From contig BK006947.3 of assembly GCA_000146045.2 (NCBI GenBank), positions 96,001 through 160,000 of the forward strand: a DNA stretch of 64,000 nucleotides, written 5' to 3'. The notes under the pieces are model-generated. The model saw nothing but the letters and a program-made list of their open reading frames with translations, did no database searches and was not told where the DNA came from. Source of the stretch: TPA_inf: Saccharomyces (lineage: Eukaryota). A program made the position numbers and the translations under genes. Positions 1-11,686 of this stretch are shown piece by piece. The first letter of the stretch is position 1. Every line of letters begins with the position of its first letter.

Positions 1-80
1 CTTTCATTTCTGGAGATGAGAACACTTCAAGCACAAGTGACAAGAATGAGGACAGCGAAGTGGAAGATGACCTTATATAG
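1..80 (+). CDS. C-terminal fragment of an upstream + strand ORF that runs off the window start. Frame 3 reads ...NEDSEVEDDLI then TAG at 78-80.
   Basis: Open frame from the window edge to TAG at 78-80, with an acidic tail. Identity not established; on chr XIV this would be the gene upstream of the tRNA/Ty1 cluster. Confidence 0.3.
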   Translation, partial: FISGDENTSSTSDKNEDSEVEDDLI

Positions 81-240
81 AACTGCAGTAAAAAAATGTA
101 TTACCCCCATATCTTTGGTACTTAAGTAAAATAAGTGAACACAATGTAATAAACAGAATGGATTAGGGCTTTATGACTTCCCAGTACAAAATAAATGTCG
201 ATATAATACTTGAAAATGCAAGCAATGCCATCAAAAAATT

Positions 241-312
241 TGAGCGGTACGAGAATCGAACCCGTGTCCCCACCTTGGAAGGGTGGGATGATAACCACTA
301 CACTAACCGCCC
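241..312 (-). tRNA. tG(UCC): tRNA-Gly (anticodon UCC)
   Basis: The reverse complement is a 72-nt cloverleaf, GGGCGGTTAGTGTAGTGGTTATCATCCCACCCTTCCAAGGTGGGGACACGGGTTCGATTCTCGTACCGCTCA. It has a 7-bp acceptor stem with one G-U pair, a TAGTGGTT A-box region, a CTTCCAA anticodon loop with UCC, a GGTTCGATTC B-box, and a T-run (rc of 231-240) right after its 3' end. Confidence 0.8.
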
Positions 313-420
313 ATGTGTTGGATGGTGTAACTGTAATGACGAGGTAATAAGTGATGGCGACTATATCACCACCGAAACACAGCGATTACTTAAAAGGGTA
401 ATCACTACTGCGATTCTAAT

Positions 421-609
421 TGTTGGAATAAACCAAACCTCTTCCGATAATGTTGGAACGAGAGTAATTAATAGTGACATGTGTTGCTATGGTAACAATC
501 TAATGCTTACATCGTATATTAATGTACACCTCGTATACGTTTAAGTGTGATTGCACCTATTGCAGAAGGAATGTTAAACGAGAAGCTCAGACAATACTGA
601 AGCTGTGTT
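421..609 (+). repeat. Possible LTR remnant (begins TGTTGGAATAAAC...), apparently truncated at the Ty1 insertion point
   Basis: It starts with the TGTTGGAATA inverted-terminal motif shared by Ty1/Ty2/Ty4 LTRs. Its body is not a canonical delta and it has no terminal CAACA. It lies between a tRNA gene and a Ty1 element, where LTR debris is expected. Confidence 0.25.
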
Positions 610-941
610 TGAGAAATGGGTGAATGTTGAGATAATTGTTGGGATTCCATTGTTGATAAAGGCTATAATATTAGGTATACAGAATATACTAGAAGTTCTC
701 CTCGAGGATATAGGAATCCTCAAAATGGAATCTATATTTCTACATACTAATATTACGATTATTCCTCATTCCGTTTTATATGTTTCATTATCCTATTACA
801 TTATCAATCCTTGCACTTCAGCTTCCTCTAACCTCGATGACAGCTTCTCATAACTTATGTCATCATCTTAACACCGTATATGATAATATATTGATAATAT
901 AACTATTAGTTGATAGACGATAGTGGATTTTTATTCCAACA
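610..941 (-). repeat. Ty1 3' LTR (delta)
   Basis: Identical by eye to 6192-6523. The ORF-track peptides from the two copies (605-853 and 6202-6435) are identical over 77 aa. Confidence 0.9.
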
Positions 942-963
942 TACCACCCATAATGTAATAGAT

Positions 964-3900
964 CTAATGAATCCATTTGTTTGTTAATAGTTTGAATGTT
1001 TTTATCGGAAGAGGTTTGGTCATTACGTCTGCAATATTCTTTTTGGTTTCGATATAGCATACGTGCAGATGATTTCCTGATACTTCATCTCTCAATCTCA
1101 TTGCTTTAGTACCAAAAAATCTGTTCCTAAATTTCTCTTCATTATTGGATATAATTATACTGATTGTAGATTTACTGTCGGTTAGTAATCCTTTGGTAAT
1201 TGGTTTCTTGTCAAGTTCTTGTATCAGGTAACTTAGATTATTTAATAATGGGACAGATTCACTTATCGCGTGTATTTCTGCTTCCGTAGTTGAAGTACAT
1301 GTTAATGAAGCCTTGGTGGACTTTCCTCCAATTACCTTTCCATTAAGTAAATATATGTTGCCAATTTGTGATTTATAATACGGTTGGTTGCCATACGAGG
1401 CATCGCTTATAACAACTAATTTATTTGTTGGCTTAACAGGTTTGCTTTTGTGCCATATTAATTGCTTATCTCTCGTATTCCATATGAACTGTATCAATTC
1501 ATATGTCATATCTAACACTTGCTTGGACGGAAATAGTATATGTTGTGCAAGTGTGTTGATGTAGTATAATAGGTCAAATCTAAATTTATATCCAACATAT
1601 GATGCTAGACCTATCAGCTTTTGCATTTCATGTACCTTCATTTTGTAATCATCTTCTTCTAGCTCTAGTTCTTGCTGGTCTATATATAGACCTGGTTGAC
1701 CTGGAGCACTAAGTTTCCTTCCTTTTGGGTTTAAAGGTACGTTTAGTTTGGGTATTTTTTCAGTTAATGAGTTTTCCATACCCAATTTCATGTATTTACC
1801 TCTTTGGTATTTGATTTCCAAGCCAAGAATGTCATATTGAATTTCCTCATCACTTTCGCCTAGATTTATAATCTTGGTGTCGTATTGCATCTTAAGCTTC
1901 TCTATAATTCTTTTGTTTGAATTTAGATTTTTGCTAAACAATACCATATCATCTACGAATAAACAAATTGTCACTTGACTGTTTTTAAATACGCATGACC
2001 ATCCACGAACTTCTTCCATACCACATTGTTGTATCAGGTATGATTTGATAGTTTCGTACCAGTTCGCACCACTTTGTTTCAATCCATAAAGCGATTTCTT
2101 CAAACGTATTAACTTATCATTCATTCCTAAATGTGGTGGAGGTCTTATGTATAATTCTTCTTTGATGTCTGCATACAAATATGCCGAAGATATGTCTAAT
2201 TGTGTAATATAGTAGTTATTGTCTAATGCAAGTGACAGGGATGTCATTAATGCATAGTGATGTACGGTATTGGATTGCATGCCTGAGTCGTAAGTGTCAG
2301 GATGTTGAATATCACCTCTCGCAACAAATCTAGCTTTATGAGTACCGTCACGTTTCCTGTTAAAGATAAACATTGAATTTATTACTCTTTTGGGGTCTAT
2401 TTCTTTTCTGTCATAATATCTGTCAGTGTCCCAAGTTTTCATCTTCAACAGTTGGTTGACTTCTTTGTGGTATGCTTCGATATATTTTTCTTTTTCTTTA
2501 ATATCTTTATTATAGGTGATTGCCTCATCGTATCGTAAGGTTGTTCGTATTGGTTTGATTGATTTTACTGCTTTTACAGCTGCAATCAGGTGAATTCGTT
2601 TCTTCGATCTCGGAGGTTCTAAACTACGCATATTCTTAGTATTCCATGTGTCTCGTGATACCTTAATTTCAGTTTCATTATCTTCTAATGATCTTTTCTT
2701 ACTGTTGATAGTAGTATAGGCATTAGAGTCACCAATACCACCCAAACTGGAATTAGTTTGACGAGAATTGATCGGTGGAAGTTCTTTAAAGGAGTCTGAT
2801 AATTTGGTAGGAGGTTCTGGAGGCAGATCGGGAAGTGGAAGATCAGCAATTATAGATTCCTCTGTATTCTCCTTAGGACAGGTATCTGACGTTTTGATAG
2901 GAACGACGTGGTGTAGTGAATTACTTTCTGATGAGGAAGTATCGATCGAAGGTGAACGGTGTATAATCCTTTTCTCAGTCTCCTGTTCGCTTGTCTGCGG
3001 AACAGTTTTATTATTGGTACCACCCGTACTGGATATTGGTACGTTTGTATGATTAGTCTCATTGTCACTGTACGAGTCTGAGTGTCTGAAATCTTTAGAT
3101 TTACTGGTGTGCGACGATTCATGTGTGTTATATTGGGACATGGGAGCAAGTAAAGGAACATCTAATCTATGCATACCACCCGAACCAGTACTCTCGATAT
3201 CGGAAATTTGGGGGGTGCTAGATCTCTTCTTTGATGGAAGGATATTAGATTTAGATATGTTGGGATCAACTTCTCTGGGTGCGCGAATATTGGTTTTAGA
3301 AACACGTTTCGAATCTTCAGTATGAGTTGACGGAGGTGTGGAATCGGTTGGACTCACAGCTTTTGAAAGGACATTTCTCGGTTGCTCAGGATGTAGTTCG
3401 ATGTCAGATTGGAAGTCATGGTCAGATTCTATGTTAAGATCATCGGATTGTTGGATCTCATTTGACGCAATGAACGATTGATATGAAGCAGTTAAACGGT
3501 TTAAGTCTTCATCGAAAGTGAGTGCGTCGTAATTGAATTGATCTAATCTGGATTCCTTGCCCTGAAGAATAACATAGTTAGTTGTATCTACTGTCTTCTT
3601 TAAGGATGGAAGATAGATGATATATCCATAAGAGTTTCGAGACGGATGTAGAGCGTAGCCTGGGATGCCACGAGGATGTATTTTGGAGTTAGGGTTGTGA
3701 TCATTGACGATAACAGGTTGACCGAAAGGTAACAAAGTACTGATATCAAGTCCTGCCAAGCCAGCATGTTGTCTTGCAGATTTTTTGCTTTTAGGTGAAG
3801 CTAGTGAATTTCTCACAATAGTAGAAAATTCGATTGCAGAGAACCATAAATGGTTCGGTAAACCACTACATTGCAGTTGAGTACGGCAGTCATCTAATAA

Positions 3901-4930
3901 GGTACGGTTGAGCCGTTCAGCGACTCCATGTGCTCGGGAATCCGCTGTGGTTGTATAGCATGGAGTTATACCATTTTTTTCAAGGAATTTATGGAGAGTT
4001 CTGTTAGTATACTCAGAACCACGGTCCATTTGTATAACCAAGACACTGGCCTGAAACTGGTTCTTAATAAAAGCTAGTATCGTAGTAAAAACATCGAGGA
4101 TAGAGTCCTCGCGACGGTCGTGTAATGGATAAACCCAACGGAATTTTGTTGTCTCATCAGTAAATGAGATGAAATAGGATGGTGCACTTTTTGGTAGGTT
4201 GTGAACTGGACCAAATATGTCAGTATGTAGGTATTGAAAGGGTTCGTATGAATTTTGGTATTTTAGTCGTGAACCTTTGATATGTCTGTGTTTGGTGCTT
4301 TTGCCGATTAAACAATCAGGACATTGATAGTCAATAGCACTAGACCAGTCGACATCTGATTCGTTAAAATACGTGATGGTGTTATTTTTAAGTGAGTATC
4401 GAATTGTCTGTGCATTGGCATGTGCAAGCATTCGATGAATGAAAGGATAAGGATATTTGCGTGTACTTTCACTTGTATGGACATTATTGATGGTGGGTAC
4501 GGAGATATTTGATGGAAGCAAGTACTTTTTAGATACCCAGTAAAAGTCTCCATATTTTACGATAGGTGCAAGTACAGTGCCGTCAGATCGTTCTAAGACG
4601 TTTTTGGTAAAGCATGCTGTGATATCTACTGCAGCCAATTCATTCAAACTGAGTAAGTCATAGGCTATGTTAGGAGTGTGCAATACCTTTATTGATGTTT
4701 TGGTGTTGTCCTGGAAGTGAAATTGTAGGTCACCAATAGCGTTAATTGGTATATTTCTTTTTTGAGCATCAACTACGTTTATGCCAGGATTAGATGATGC
4801 TGAGTGTATGTGGTGAGCAGATCTTATAAGGGTTCGTGATGCTCCTGAATCGAGAAGGAGGTGTCCAGGGAGTTCATCATCAGAATGATTAGTGTGATTT
4901 ACCGTAGATTCAGTAAGTTCCTGGCCTAAG
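964..4930 (-). CDS. TYB: Ty1 TYB (Pol: protease, integrase, reverse transcriptase/RNase H), expressed as a TYA-TYB fusion by +1 frameshifting
   Basis: A 1239-aa ORF is reported from the first Met, but the frame stays open upstream to the TYA overlap. The frameshift heptamer CTTAGGC (rc of 4924-4930, GCCTAAG) lies 12 nt before the TYA stop. Integrase zinc-finger and DD35E-like regions and the reverse-transcriptase motif [10 protein letters not shown] are present. Confidence 0.9.
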
Positions 4931-6232
4931 GTGAAGGTCGTGTTTATTCTTCAATTGAATCGGTTCAGTAGTTGATCCTCTTATGAGATCGTTATCAGGG
5001 CCGGAAGAGTTATTAGATGTGGATACGTTATGAGCCCTGGCTGTTCTTGATTGTGAATTATTTGGTTTTTGGGAATTCCGAGTTATGGATTTGGGTTTGG
5101 TTGTATTCGTGTAGGTGCGAGAGTCTTTCTTCTCATCACTCGGATTTCTCCTATAAGTAGATTTATTACGTTTTGATTCCTGTTGTTCTTCATACATAGA
5201 ATGTATGTCTGAAAACAGATCAGCAACTGTCATATGTATATATCGATGACGTGCGTAGCGTAAAAATTTGTACTCGCCAGATAGACCTCTCATAATGAAT
5301 TGGCATGCTACCTTGTTATTGATAGGAATGCCATTGTTGTTTAGTCTGTCAAGAATGTTTGTGACTTCTGCTTCAAATGCATCTGCAGGTGTGCTTCCAT
5401 TATAATGCAAAGTTGCTAGGGTCGTAATGTCATTTACCTCTTGAGTATCAGATTGCATTTTGTTAATGCTTTTGGAAAGAATTTTCATGATATCTGTATA
5501 ATCAGCAGATAAGATGTCTTTAACCCAGGTGGGTAAGAATTGAGATGGAGCAAATAGTTGAAAGGTGTGACATAAGAAGGTGAGTTCGTCATCAGTCATC
5601 TGACGTACGGCTTTTCTTGTTGCTGTCGGAATAATATCACCGAGATTCGAATTTTGTAAAAATTTGATGTATGTTTTAACCCAATTTAGAAAGTCATTAG
5701 GTGAGGTTAACATTGGTGGTGGTCTGACATATTTTTTAGTGGATGTCATATCAGAGTCCGCTGAGGATGAATCAGTAAATGTATTACCTGACTCAGGTGA
5801 TGGAGTGCTCAGAGGCGTTCCAACTGATGATGGATACTGCGGAAACTGTGAATGTGGCCCAGGTGGAAAGTACATAGGCGACATTTGATAAGGTGTATAC
5901 GGAATCATAGATGGGCGTCCGTAAAATGACCAACCAGATGGATTGGCTTGGTTTTGGGTCATCATGCACTGCTGTTGGTACGGCCCATTCTGTGGTGAAT
6001 GTGACTGAGCAGTTTGAGGAGAGGCATGATGGGGGTTCTCTGGAACAGCTGATGAAGCAGGTGTTGTTGTCTGTTGAGAGTTAGCCTTAGTGGAAGCCTT
6101 ATCATATTCTTGAATTTTGGAAGCTGAAACGTCTAACGGATCTTGATTTGTGTGGACTTCCTTAGAAGTAACCGAAGCACAGGCGCTACCATGAGAAATG
6201 GGTGAATGTTGAGATAATTGTTGGGATTCCAT
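4910..6232 (-). CDS. TYA: Ty1 TYA (Gag capsid protein, 440 aa)
   Basis: [16 protein letters not shown]...HLRPGTY is a Ty1-type Gag. Its ATG at 6230-6232 lies inside the 5' LTR at element position about 292, as in Ty1. The stop is TGA (rc of 4910-4912). Confidence 0.9.
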   Translation of the reverse strand: MESQQLSQHSPISHGSACASVTSKEVHTNQDPLDVSASKIQEYDKASTKANSQQTTTPASSAVPENPHHASPQTAQSHSPQNGPYQQQCMMTQNQANPSGWSFYGRPSMIPYTPYQMSPMYFPPGPHSQFPQYPSSVGTPLSTPSPESGNTFTDSSSADSDMTSTKKYVRPPPMLTSPNDFLNWVKTYIKFLQNSNLGDIIPTATRKAVRQMTDDELTFLCHTFQLFAPSQFLPTWVKDILSADYTDIMKILSKSINKMQSDTQEVNDITTLATLHYNGSTPADAFEAEVTNILDRLNNNGIPINNKVACQFIMRGLSGEYKFLRYARHRYIHMTVADLFSDIHSMYEEQQESKRNKSTYRRNPSDEKKDSRTYTNTTKPKSITRNSQKPNNSQSRTARAHNVSTSNNSSGPDNDLIRGSTTEPIQLKNKHDLHLRPGTY

Positions 6233-6523
6233 TGTTGATAAAGGCTATAATATTAGGTATACAGAATATACTAGAAGTTCTCCTCGAGGATATAGGAATC
6301 CTCAAAATGGAATCTATATTTCTACATACTAATATTACGATTATTCCTCATTCCGTTTTATATGTTTCATTATCCTATTACATTATCAATCCTTGCACTT
6401 CAGCTTCCTCTAACCTCGATGACAGCTTCTCATAACTTATGTCATCATCTTAACACCGTATATGATAATATATTGATAATATAACTATTAGTTGATAGAC
6501 GATAGTGGATTTTTATTCCAACA
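6192..6523 (-). repeat. Ty1 5' LTR (delta)
   Basis: See the 3' LTR. It contains the TYA start codon and is followed internally by the primer-binding site. Confidence 0.9.
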
Positions 6524-6548
6524 GTGTTAAAGATCTATTAGTTGATCA

Positions 6549-6578
6549 TGTTGGAATAAAAATCCACTATCGTCTATC
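6549..6578 (+). repeat. 30-bp delta (Ty1/Ty2 LTR) 5'-end fragment
   Basis: TGTTGGAATAAAAATCCACTATCGTCTATC matches the first 30 nt of the delta consensus and then diverges. It sits immediately beside the Ty1 target-site duplication. Confidence 0.6.
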
Positions 6579-6631
6579 CAAACAATTCTCTCAAAATTCG
6601 CCCAATTCTCAAAATTCACCCATTTCCCACA

Positions 6632-6700
6632 CATATGTGTTTTAGGAACGTTTAGGATAAGGAATCGTCATACTGACGTACCTCATTTTGAGATACAACA
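6632..6700 (-). repeat. Sigma (Ty3 LTR) terminal fragment
   Basis: catatgtgttttaggaacgtttagg...gtcatactgacgtacctcattttgagatacaaca is the reverse complement of the sigma 5' end TGTTGTATCTCAAAATGAG...GAACGTTCATAAAACACATATG. It ends 15 nt upstream of the tRNA-Asn 5' end, the typical Ty3 integration distance. Confidence 0.6.
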
Positions 6701-6715
6701 AATCATATATTATAA

Positions 6716-6789
6716 GACTCCATGGCCAAGTTGGTTAAGGCGTGCGACTGTTAATCGCAAGATCGTGAGTTCAACCCTCACTGGGGTCG
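6716..6789 (+). tRNA. tN(GUU): tRNA-Asn (anticodon GUU)
   Basis: GACTCCATGGCCAAGTTGGTTAAGGCGTGCGACTGTTAATCGCAAGATCGTGAGTTCAACCCTCACTGGGGTCG has an anticodon loop CTGTTAA and the B-box GAGTTCAACCC. It is followed by a T9 Pol III terminator at 6790-6800. Confidence 0.9.
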
Positions 6790-7133
6790 TTTATTTTTTT
6801 TGTATTTGTGCTTATTTACTAAATAACCATTTCACCCTGTTATAATAATGCTTAAAAGAAGAATGTAGTTTTTCTCTTTTCCTTTAACTGCTTTACTTCT
6901 CCCGAAAAAGCAAGATGCAATCTTTTAATATGTTTGAGTTTGCTTAAAGTATATTCACAAAAAAGAAAATAAAAGTTAAAAATTTCTGAAAATCAGGACC
7001 TTATTCGATAGTTGGTCATAAATTGACTGAAAAATAGAATAATTTCGGACACCAAATGAATCATTAACAAGACAATATCTTAAGGTATGTACAAGTGAGA
7101 ATATTACTTATATATAAAACGGTTAACAATTTT

Positions 7134-8108
<975 letters not shown>

Positions 8109-8634
8109 CTAAAGGTCATGAGCTTTAATTTTACGCACTGCGTTTAGTGCAGTTACCTGGAGTTTCAGCCGGGTAAGAAAACTATACGATTGCCAAATAG
8201 AAAAACGGATATAAAGATAGTAGCTGTGAATAGTAGCTTTGTATAGTACATAAAGGTACCTTATCTAACATTGCTTGCGACGCAGAATACGCAAAATATA
8301 CTGTTTAATTGCAATCAGGAGTTTGCTACGGTATTTGGTATAATCGGAACTCATATTGTCCTACGTTCACCGAGACCAATGAACGCACAATAAAATGGAT
8401 ACTTGGAATGCCCTACCCAAAATATGAGCTGCGTTTGTTTTGTGAAAAACGAAAAGTAATTAAGTTGTTTTGCAGAAGTGTGAATAATTGGGGGACGCCA
8501 TTTGGTTTCTCTCTTCTGATTGATTAAAGTTAATTTCGGCACAATAACCCAATGACTGGCTAGGAAACTTCTCGATGCATCCGTGATCTCCCAAGGACGA
8601 AATGGTTTTTATCACGTCCTAACGACATCATATG

Positions 8635-8715
8635 TCCTCGAGGAGAACTTCTAGTATAGTATTTATTAACAATGGAATCCCAACAATCATCAAATTATTC
8701 ACCAAATATACACAG
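8635..8715 (+). repeat. Solo delta 3'-terminal remnant (Ty2-like tail)
   Basis: TCCTCGAGGAGAACTTCTAGTATA...CAATGGAATCCCAACAATCATCAAA matches the 3' portion of the delta LTR. It lies about 90 bp upstream of tRNA-Thr. Confidence 0.55.
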
Positions 8716-8804
8716 ATTCTTATACTAACTAAAGTAAGAAGATTAGGATTTCCATACTCATTTTGTTAAGTAGCACTTGTATATCCGGTTTTCTCAAGTT
8801 CTGA

Positions 8805-8877
8805 GCTTCTATGGCCAAGTTGGTAAGGCGCCACACTAGTAATGTGGAGATCATCGGTTCAAATCCGATTGGAAGCA
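8805..8877 (+). tRNA. tT(AGU): tRNA-Thr (anticodon AGU)
   Basis: GCTTCTATGGCCAAGTTGGTAAGGCGCCACACTAGTAATGTGGAGATCATCGGTTCAAATCCGATTGGAAGCA has an anticodon loop ACTAGTAA and the B-box GGTTCAAATCC. A T-run follows. Confidence 0.9.
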
Positions 8878-9183
8878 TATTATTTTTATTCTACGGTAAA
8901 CATGCCTGATGGTGATTTGAGACAGACCCCATTGCCTCAGATTTGTGAAGAATAGAAAATGTGTACATTCATTTTGATAAACTATACATATACTTAACTT
9001 TTTAACATGATAAATCAATATTGATATGGTCGGTACTGTTCACTTTATCTATATTTTTTTTCTTTCGTGCAATAATCGTCGGCTTTAATAATATTATACA
9101 TACAAAGGGAAAATGAAGGAAAGAAATATGAAAGGATGAATAAGTCTTTGATATGAATATGTAGTGTTGGTATCTAAACCTAG

Positions 9184-10695
9184 TCAGCGCAAAGAACTAT
9201 TATTGGAATCCTTTGCATCATCGTAATCATCATCACCATCTGAGACATTACTCCCAATATTTGAACTCACATTATCGGGGTTGACAATGTGTAGTTGTCT
9301 TTCTTCCATCATATCGGGCAGCGAAGTAGCACTGAACCTTTGGTTCCCGTTATAGATCGAAGGAGGCTCCTCGTACACTACCGAGGGAAAGTGACTTCTT
9401 TTGCTGATATTATGTGCATCACCAGTAATAATAGAATCTCTGCCGCCCGGCGCCCTTGTCGGCAGATCATAAGTGGCAAAAGTAGACGCTGTATTCTTGG
9501 ACAATGCTGTATTATTCCTAGAGGGTATGTGCCAGTTAGTGCTCGAAGCAGACGGTGGAATAACAGGGTTAGCGTCAGCATCACCCAGTGAGTACGGCTG
9601 GTACTGCTTTGTCTCTTCCAAGTCCACATGCTGAGAAGATTGGCGACGTTTTTTCCATACGAAAAAGAATAACGCCAGAGCCAACAAGGCAACTGTACCA
9701 CAAACCACACCTACTACGACACCTGCGATGGCGCCACCACTCAAGCCTTTGCTCTTGGACGAGCTCGATTTCCCGTTTAAGAGAGAACTAGTAGAGGAGG
9801 ACGTAGACGATACTGTTGCATAAACAGAGGTCCTGGTGGTAAAGATCGTGCTTGCTTGTTGGTTAGCTTGAGAAACCACGGACTGCGTCACCACACGGGT
9901 AGTGTAATGCGTGGAAGTACCTATTGAAGTCGATGAGGGGGTAGAAGTGACCGTTGCTGTCGAAGTTGAGGATGAGGTCGATGTGGTGGATGAAGAAGTT
10001 GCCTGCGTAGAGGACGTTTCTGAACTGGAAGAGGCAGAAGTGCTAGAGGAAGTGGTGGAAGGAGAAGAAGAAGTAGAAGTAGTACTAGAGGTAGTAGAAG
10101 TAGTAGAAGTAGTAGACGTAGAAGAGGAAGAGGATGAAGAAGAGGAGGAAGTAGTTGTCTCTGAAGAGGAAGTGGTAGTGGAGGTTGTAGACGAGGAAGA
10201 GGATGAGTGCGTAGCAGAAGAACTAGTTGAAGTTTTCGTGTCCAATTTCGTGGACGTTTTTGAACTAACACTTGTGCTTGATGAAGATGTTGTCGATGTT
10301 GAGGTAGCAGTAGATGAAGTTGAGTCCGCGGTAGAAGCAGCGTTATTGATATAAACGTTCATGGCAGAAGAACCACCACAATTTTGGTAGGGCCAGCCAG
10401 CACACGAAACATCACATTTGCTCGAATCTACCTGCGTCAAAGACTGTAACTGAGCTACGGAACCACCACAGTAGCAACCTGTACCGTTGAAAAGAGCAAC
10501 GACAGCCTGACCAGGGCATTCATTTTGACAGTAGGAAACTGATTGATACTCGTAAACACCCTTGTAAGTCAACCCCAATTTTCGTATATCACTAGCTGAA
10601 TAGCAAGCTTTATATGTGAATTGGTCAGCCAACGCGGCTCGTATATATATGAGCCACACTAAGATGAAGGACTTGTGTATGAGATCTAGGTGCAT
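9184..10695 (-). CDS. WSC2: Cell-wall integrity sensor with an N-terminal Cys-rich WSC domain, a long Ser/Thr-rich stalk, one transmembrane segment and a cytoplasmic tail (503 aa)
   Basis: Signal peptide MHLDLIHKSFILVWLIYIRAALA, then the WSC Cys pattern (CYSAS...CQNEC...CYCGG...CDVSC...NCGG). About 200 aa are S/T-rich. The transmembrane segment is GGAIAGVVVGVVCGTVALLALALFFFVW. Confidence 0.85.
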   Translation of the reverse strand: MHLDLIHKSFILVWLIYIRAALADQFTYKACYSASDIRKLGLTYKGVYEYQSVSYCQNECPGQAVVALFNGTGCYCGGSVAQLQSLTQVDSSKCDVSCAGWPYQNCGGSSAMNVYINNAASTADSTSSTATSTSTTSSSSTSVSSKTSTKLDTKTSTSSSATHSSSSSSTTSTTTSSSETTTSSSSSSSSSSTSTTSTTSTTSSTTSTSSSPSTTSSSTSASSSSETSSTQATSSSTTSTSSSTSTATVTSTPSSTSIGTSTHYTTRVVTQSVVSQANQQASTIFTTRTSVYATVSSTSSSTSSLLNGKSSSSKSKGLSGGAIAGVVVGVVCGTVALLALALFFFVWKKRRQSSQHVDLEETKQYQPYSLGDADANPVIPPSASSTNWHIPSRNNTALSKNTASTFATYDLPTRAPGGRDSIITGDAHNISKRSHFPSVVYEEPPSIYNGNQRFSATSLPDMMEERQLHIVNPDNVSSNIGSNVSDGDDDYDDAKDSNNSSLR

Positions 10696-11686
10696 ATTCC
10701 ACTTCTATAATGCTGTTGGTCAAAAAGAAATTCAAAGAAGAAACAATTAGAAACCAGAAAGTCTGTAAAAATACAAAAAAGCGTGTCCTATAACCGAACA
10801 GCAATGTTTGTTTTCACTAGATTTGTTTTCTTTTGGCGAAAAACGAAGGTAGAAATGAAAGTAAAAAAAGAGCAATAATGGTAAATCAAAGGCTAGCCAC
10901 GCTTTGAGCTATAGTTGGTCGTGCTGAGCAATAGTAAAGAATTGAAAAAGCGAGTGGATGATTTGAAAACTGCTTATATGTTTTACGTTGAGGGTTTCTC
11001 CTCTTTATTTCTTCGAAGGACGGAGGACAGGTATAAAGCAGTCGCTGGAACTCTTTTCCCTGACAATCTTAAAAAGAAAGACCGAAACAGAGTGTTATAA
11101 AACGAAACAAAAAACCTGCTGTAAATGCACTTCTGGGAGAAGTGCTAGATCACAACATACAAACATATGCAAATTCATAGTAAAAGGAGATAGGGCCCAG
11201 ATGACCAAATCAAGAATGGCTCACTGTTGAAACATTCTGCTTAATGTCGAAACAGTCCGTAAACAAACACATTCCCACAAAACACCGCACCGCGAAAAAA
11301 AAAAAAAACAGGAAAAAACGCGAAATGTCCGTAACTTTACCCGGTAATAGTCACGTGATAAAGGTGCATTGGTCTAGCTGGCTGTTCTGGCCAACGCGAC
11401 AGCAGGGTTCATACTTTCAGTAGAACAAAAATCGGGGGAAATGCGATGCACTCTTTAACTGCAATTATGCACATCCTATTGCCAGGGCGGATATTTGATG
11501 TTGTTCTCAGATATGTATTCCCTGATCTATACCGTTCTCATAGTTCAATTTTCTCTGATTTTCTCGTGCGGGCAATAAGTAAAAAATAGCATTTGCGTGC
11601 TTAAGTGAAATTTTTCAGATTATGAGTGATATAGAGATGAGGACTGTAACAAGAAGGAAGGTGAGGAAATCAAGACGGTAAGTAGC

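Larger units (their letters stand above)
610..6523 (-). mobile_element. Ty1: Full-length Ty1 LTR retrotransposon (5914 bp), transcribed on the minus strand
   Basis: There are 332-bp LTRs at 610-941 and 6192-6523 that read identically (TGAG...CCAACA on this strand, i.e. TGTTGG...CTCA). A 5-bp target-site duplication GTGTT lies at 605-609 and 6524-6528. The primer-binding site GGCGCTACCA (rc TGGTAGCGCC, complementary to initiator tRNA-Met) is at 6182-6191. The polypurine tract (rc TGGGTGGTA) is at 942-950. Intact TYA and TYB ORFs are present. Confidence 0.95.

Noticed and set aside
173-544. 123-aa plus-strand ORF
   Set aside because: It is antisense to, and fully overlaps, the tRNA-Gly(UCC) gene at 241-312. 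It has no domain and is a typical dubious ORF.
605-853. 82-aa ORF, and its twin 6202-6435 (77 aa)
   Set aside because: Both lie entirely within the two Ty1 LTRs. Identical copies of the same LTR sequence are read as ORFs.
2768-3325. Several 87-103 aa ORFs on both strands inside Ty1 (2768-3052, 2850-3161, 3062-3325, 4308-4553, 863-1060, 5664-5888)
   Set aside because: They are alternative-frame or antisense to TYB/TYA, with no start or stop structure of their own.
8309-8542. 72-aa and 63-aa overlapping ORFs between MRPL10 and tRNA-Thr
   Set aside because: Short and mutually antisense, in an AT-rich promoter region containing a delta remnant. No support.
8900-9180. Searched the AT-rich intergenic regions (8900-9180, 33300-33520, 6840-7130) for an 11/11 ARS consensus WTTTAYRTTTW
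   Set aside because: No exact match found by eye. I cannot score near-matches reliably without computation, so no origin is called.
9911-10354. 147-aa poly-Glu/Val ORF, plus 9921-10271 and 9295-9791
   Set aside because: Antisense or alternative-frame translation of the WSC2 Ser/Thr codon repeats.
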